Source of the DNA: a virus
Lineage: Duplodnaviria; Caudoviricetes
IMG/VR virus record: IMGVR_UViG_2836755666_000018
Coordinates: 1 to 64,000 of that record
DNA: 64,000 bases
Strand: one strand, 5' to 3'
A program made the translations under genes and the position numbers. Positions 62,396-64,000 of the stretch are shown one piece after another (the stretch's first letter is position 1; each line of letters opens with the position of its first letter). The notes under the pieces were generated by a model that did no database searches, was not told where the DNA came from, and saw only the letters and a list, made by a program, of their open reading frames with translations.

Positions 62396-62950
62396 ATGAA
62401 AATCAAATTAAACAACGTACGTCTGGCTTTTCCTGATTTGTTTGAACCCTCTCAATTTAGTGGTCAGAGTGAATTTAAATACCGCGCCACTTTCCTTATC
62501 GCTAAAAGTCGTACTGACCTGATTGAGGAAATTAAAACCGGTATCAAACGTGTGATTGGGGAAAAATGGGGCGCCAAGGATATCGAAAAAATCTATAATA
62601 ACATCTGCAATAATCCTAACCATTTTTGCTTACGCGATGGCGACAATAAAGAATACGACGGCTACGCCGGAAACCTGTATATCAGCGCCAGTAATAAATC
62701 CCGCCCATTAGTCATTGACCGCAATACCTCACCGTTAACCGCACAGGATGGTCGCCCCTACTCAGGCTGCTACGTTAACGCCACCATTGAGTTTTATGCC
62801 TATGACAATAATGGTAAAGGCGTTTCAGCGTCATTAAGAGGCGTTCAGTTTTTCCGGGATGGTGATGCATTTAGCGGTGGAAGTGTGGCCTCCGTTGACG
62901 AATTTGACGACCTGAGCATGGCTGAGGAAGAAGAGTTATTGGCAAGTTAA
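62396..62950 (+). CDS. DUF2815 single-stranded DNA-binding protein
   Basis: VRL.FP.LFEP, LRDGD, YSGCY.N, GV...L.GVQF..DG..F.G, acidic tail. Confidence 0.9.
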   Translation: MKIKLNNVRLAFPDLFEPSQFSGQSEFKYRATFLIAKSRTDLIEEIKTGIKRVIGEKWGAKDIEKIYNNICNNPNHFCLRDGDNKEYDGYAGNLYISASNKSRPLVIDRNTSPLTAQDGRPYSGCYVNATIEFYAYDNNGKGVSASLRGVQFFRDGDAFSGGSVASVDEFDDLSMAEEEELLAS

Positions 62951-63025
62951 CACCAGGGAAACTACCGCCGCCTGAGGTGGTGAAATAATCAGGCATCGCG
63001 CTATATTCCTTGAGGAGAGTTAAAC

Positions 63026-63220
63026 ATGAAATTAGATAATATGAGTGAAACCATTGCACTTACTAATCCCAGTAACAACCACCATTATCTGCTTAACCTG
63101 GAACAACCCGTTTACGCTGATGAGGAAACCAGAACATTAATCAATATGATCCAACTACTGGCAGAAGAAAACCAGTACCTGAGAAAAGAGAATAAACGAT
63201 TGGCAAAAAGCCATCGGTAA
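63026..63220 (+). CDS. Small coiled-coil hypothetical protein
   Basis: GAGGAG RBS, 64 aa. Confidence 0.5.
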   Translation: MKLDNMSETIALTNPSNNHHYLLNLEQPVYADEETRTLINMIQLLAEENQYLRKENKRLAKSHR

Positions 63221-63222
63221 AA

Positions 63223-63298
63223 TGGTGGGCTATGCAGGACTCGAACCTGCGACCGATGGATTAAGAGTCCACTGCTCTACCCACTGAGCTAATAACCC
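63223..63298 (-). tRNA. tRNA-Lys (anticodon CTT)
   Basis: 76-nt cloverleaf GGGTTAT...GTGGA-CT-CTT-AA-TCCAT...GGTTCGAGTCC...ATAGCCC-ACCA with encoded CCA. Confidence 0.93.
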
Positions 63299-63308
63299 AT
63301 GATAGTAA

Positions 63309-63653
63309 CTATAGTGCTGGCATCAAAAACGCTTTTACCACCAGAGAGAGGATACCTAAAATACCCGCGCCTAACATCCAGCGCATTAACTTTTGCTCAG
63401 CGCGAATGCCTGACATTTCCAGTTGTAAGTCTTTGCGAACTAGTGATATCTGTGAGTCTATTTTGGCATCAAGCTTATCGAATCTTGTATCTATTTCTTT
63501 ACGAACATCCTCTAAATCTCTTTTGGTCGCTACATCAGCAACCTCATGTGACTTACGTACAGCAATAGAAATTGCTTTTGCTTGCTCTTTTGGCAAACCT
63601 GCATTCTCTAGTGTTTCGACAAACTCTTGTGTATCAAATGCAACTTGACCCAT
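63309..63653 (-). CDS. DUF1640 / CCDC90-like coiled-coil membrane-anchored protein
   Basis: FDT..FV..LE.AG...EQA.AI, ATKRDL, C-terminal TM segment. Confidence 0.85.
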   Translation of the reverse strand: MGQVAFDTQEFVETLENAGLPKEQAKAISIAVRKSHEVADVATKRDLEDVRKEIDTRFDKLDAKIDSQISLVRKDLQLEMSGIRAEQKLMRWMLGAGILGILSLVVKAFLMPAL

Positions 63654-63810
63654 AGGGAATCCTCCTTTTTGGTAAGTATAACCTAACGATATCCATTGAC
63701 GAAAGAAGAAATCATGCGCTATATTCTATATCAGGTGCTGAACACACCTTTTGATATAGCGGATACCGCTCCCGAAAGTAATGCGGTTTTTTTACGTCCA
63801 TAGATTGTTA

Positions 63811-63893
63811 TGGTCGGGTAGCGAACAGTATATACAACACCCTATTGGGGAAAACTGTTGGCCGTCTATATCCGGTGTTCAAGTACCCGACCG
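63811..63893 (+). ncRNA. c4-like antisense immunity RNA
   Basis: Closing stem GGTCGGGTA/TACCCGACC; internal CTATATC and TGTTCAA are complementary to upstream (63739-63759) and downstream (63916-63932) target pairs. Confidence 0.7.
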
Positions 63894-63941
63894 CCCATCC
63901 GAACAATGGGTGATATTGAACAATTGATATAGGATGTAAAA

Positions 63942-64000
63942 ATGAATACTCAACTCAGATCATTTTATTTTAACAATATCTACGATGTGCGTGTTCAGAT
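63942..64000 (+). CDS. Probable Bro-N antirepressor, 5' end (truncated by the window)
   Basis: MNTQLRSFYFNNIYDVRVQ matches the Bro-N start pattern F.F....VR; follows the c4-like RNA. Confidence 0.55.
   Translation, partial: MNTQLRSFYFNNIYDVRVQ

Noticed and set aside
63223-63298. tRNA as the prophage integration site or boundary
   Set aside because: Phage-type genes continue on both sides, no integrase is adjacent, and I saw no duplicated tRNA 3' fragment in the window.

Overview
The whole window is prophage DNA, about 40% GC by eye. The APSE-like replication genes suggest an Arsenophonus/Morganellaceae-like host, which is an inference. The backbone is a lambdoid helper prophage. Its early, replication and immunity genes lie at the right: cI/cro, a VapE-type primase-helicase, DUF2800, DUF2815, tRNA-Lys(CUU) and a c4-like RNA. 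A minus-strand late operon runs Q, lysis genes, HK97-type head, then a long non-contractile tail. Three essential helper genes are split by insertions whose precise removal restores the reading frame. (1) A 15.2 kb capsid-forming PICI-like satellite (A, 11375-26590) sits inside the major tail tube gene with an 8-bp core TGTTTGTT. (2) A related 15.35 kb satellite (B, 32221-47588) sits inside the terminase large subunit gene with a 15-bp core CTTTGTTATAAAATT. (3) An IS21-family element (54983-56927, 6-bp target duplication) sits in the helper primase-helicase. The two satellites share near-identical capsid/packaging modules and identical integrase arm-type repeats. They differ in integrase, one AlpA, the immunity module, and the primase helicase/origin-binding domain together with its iterons. 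Single-base homopolymer frameshifts cluster between about 27.5 and 45.4 kb and may be assembly errors.
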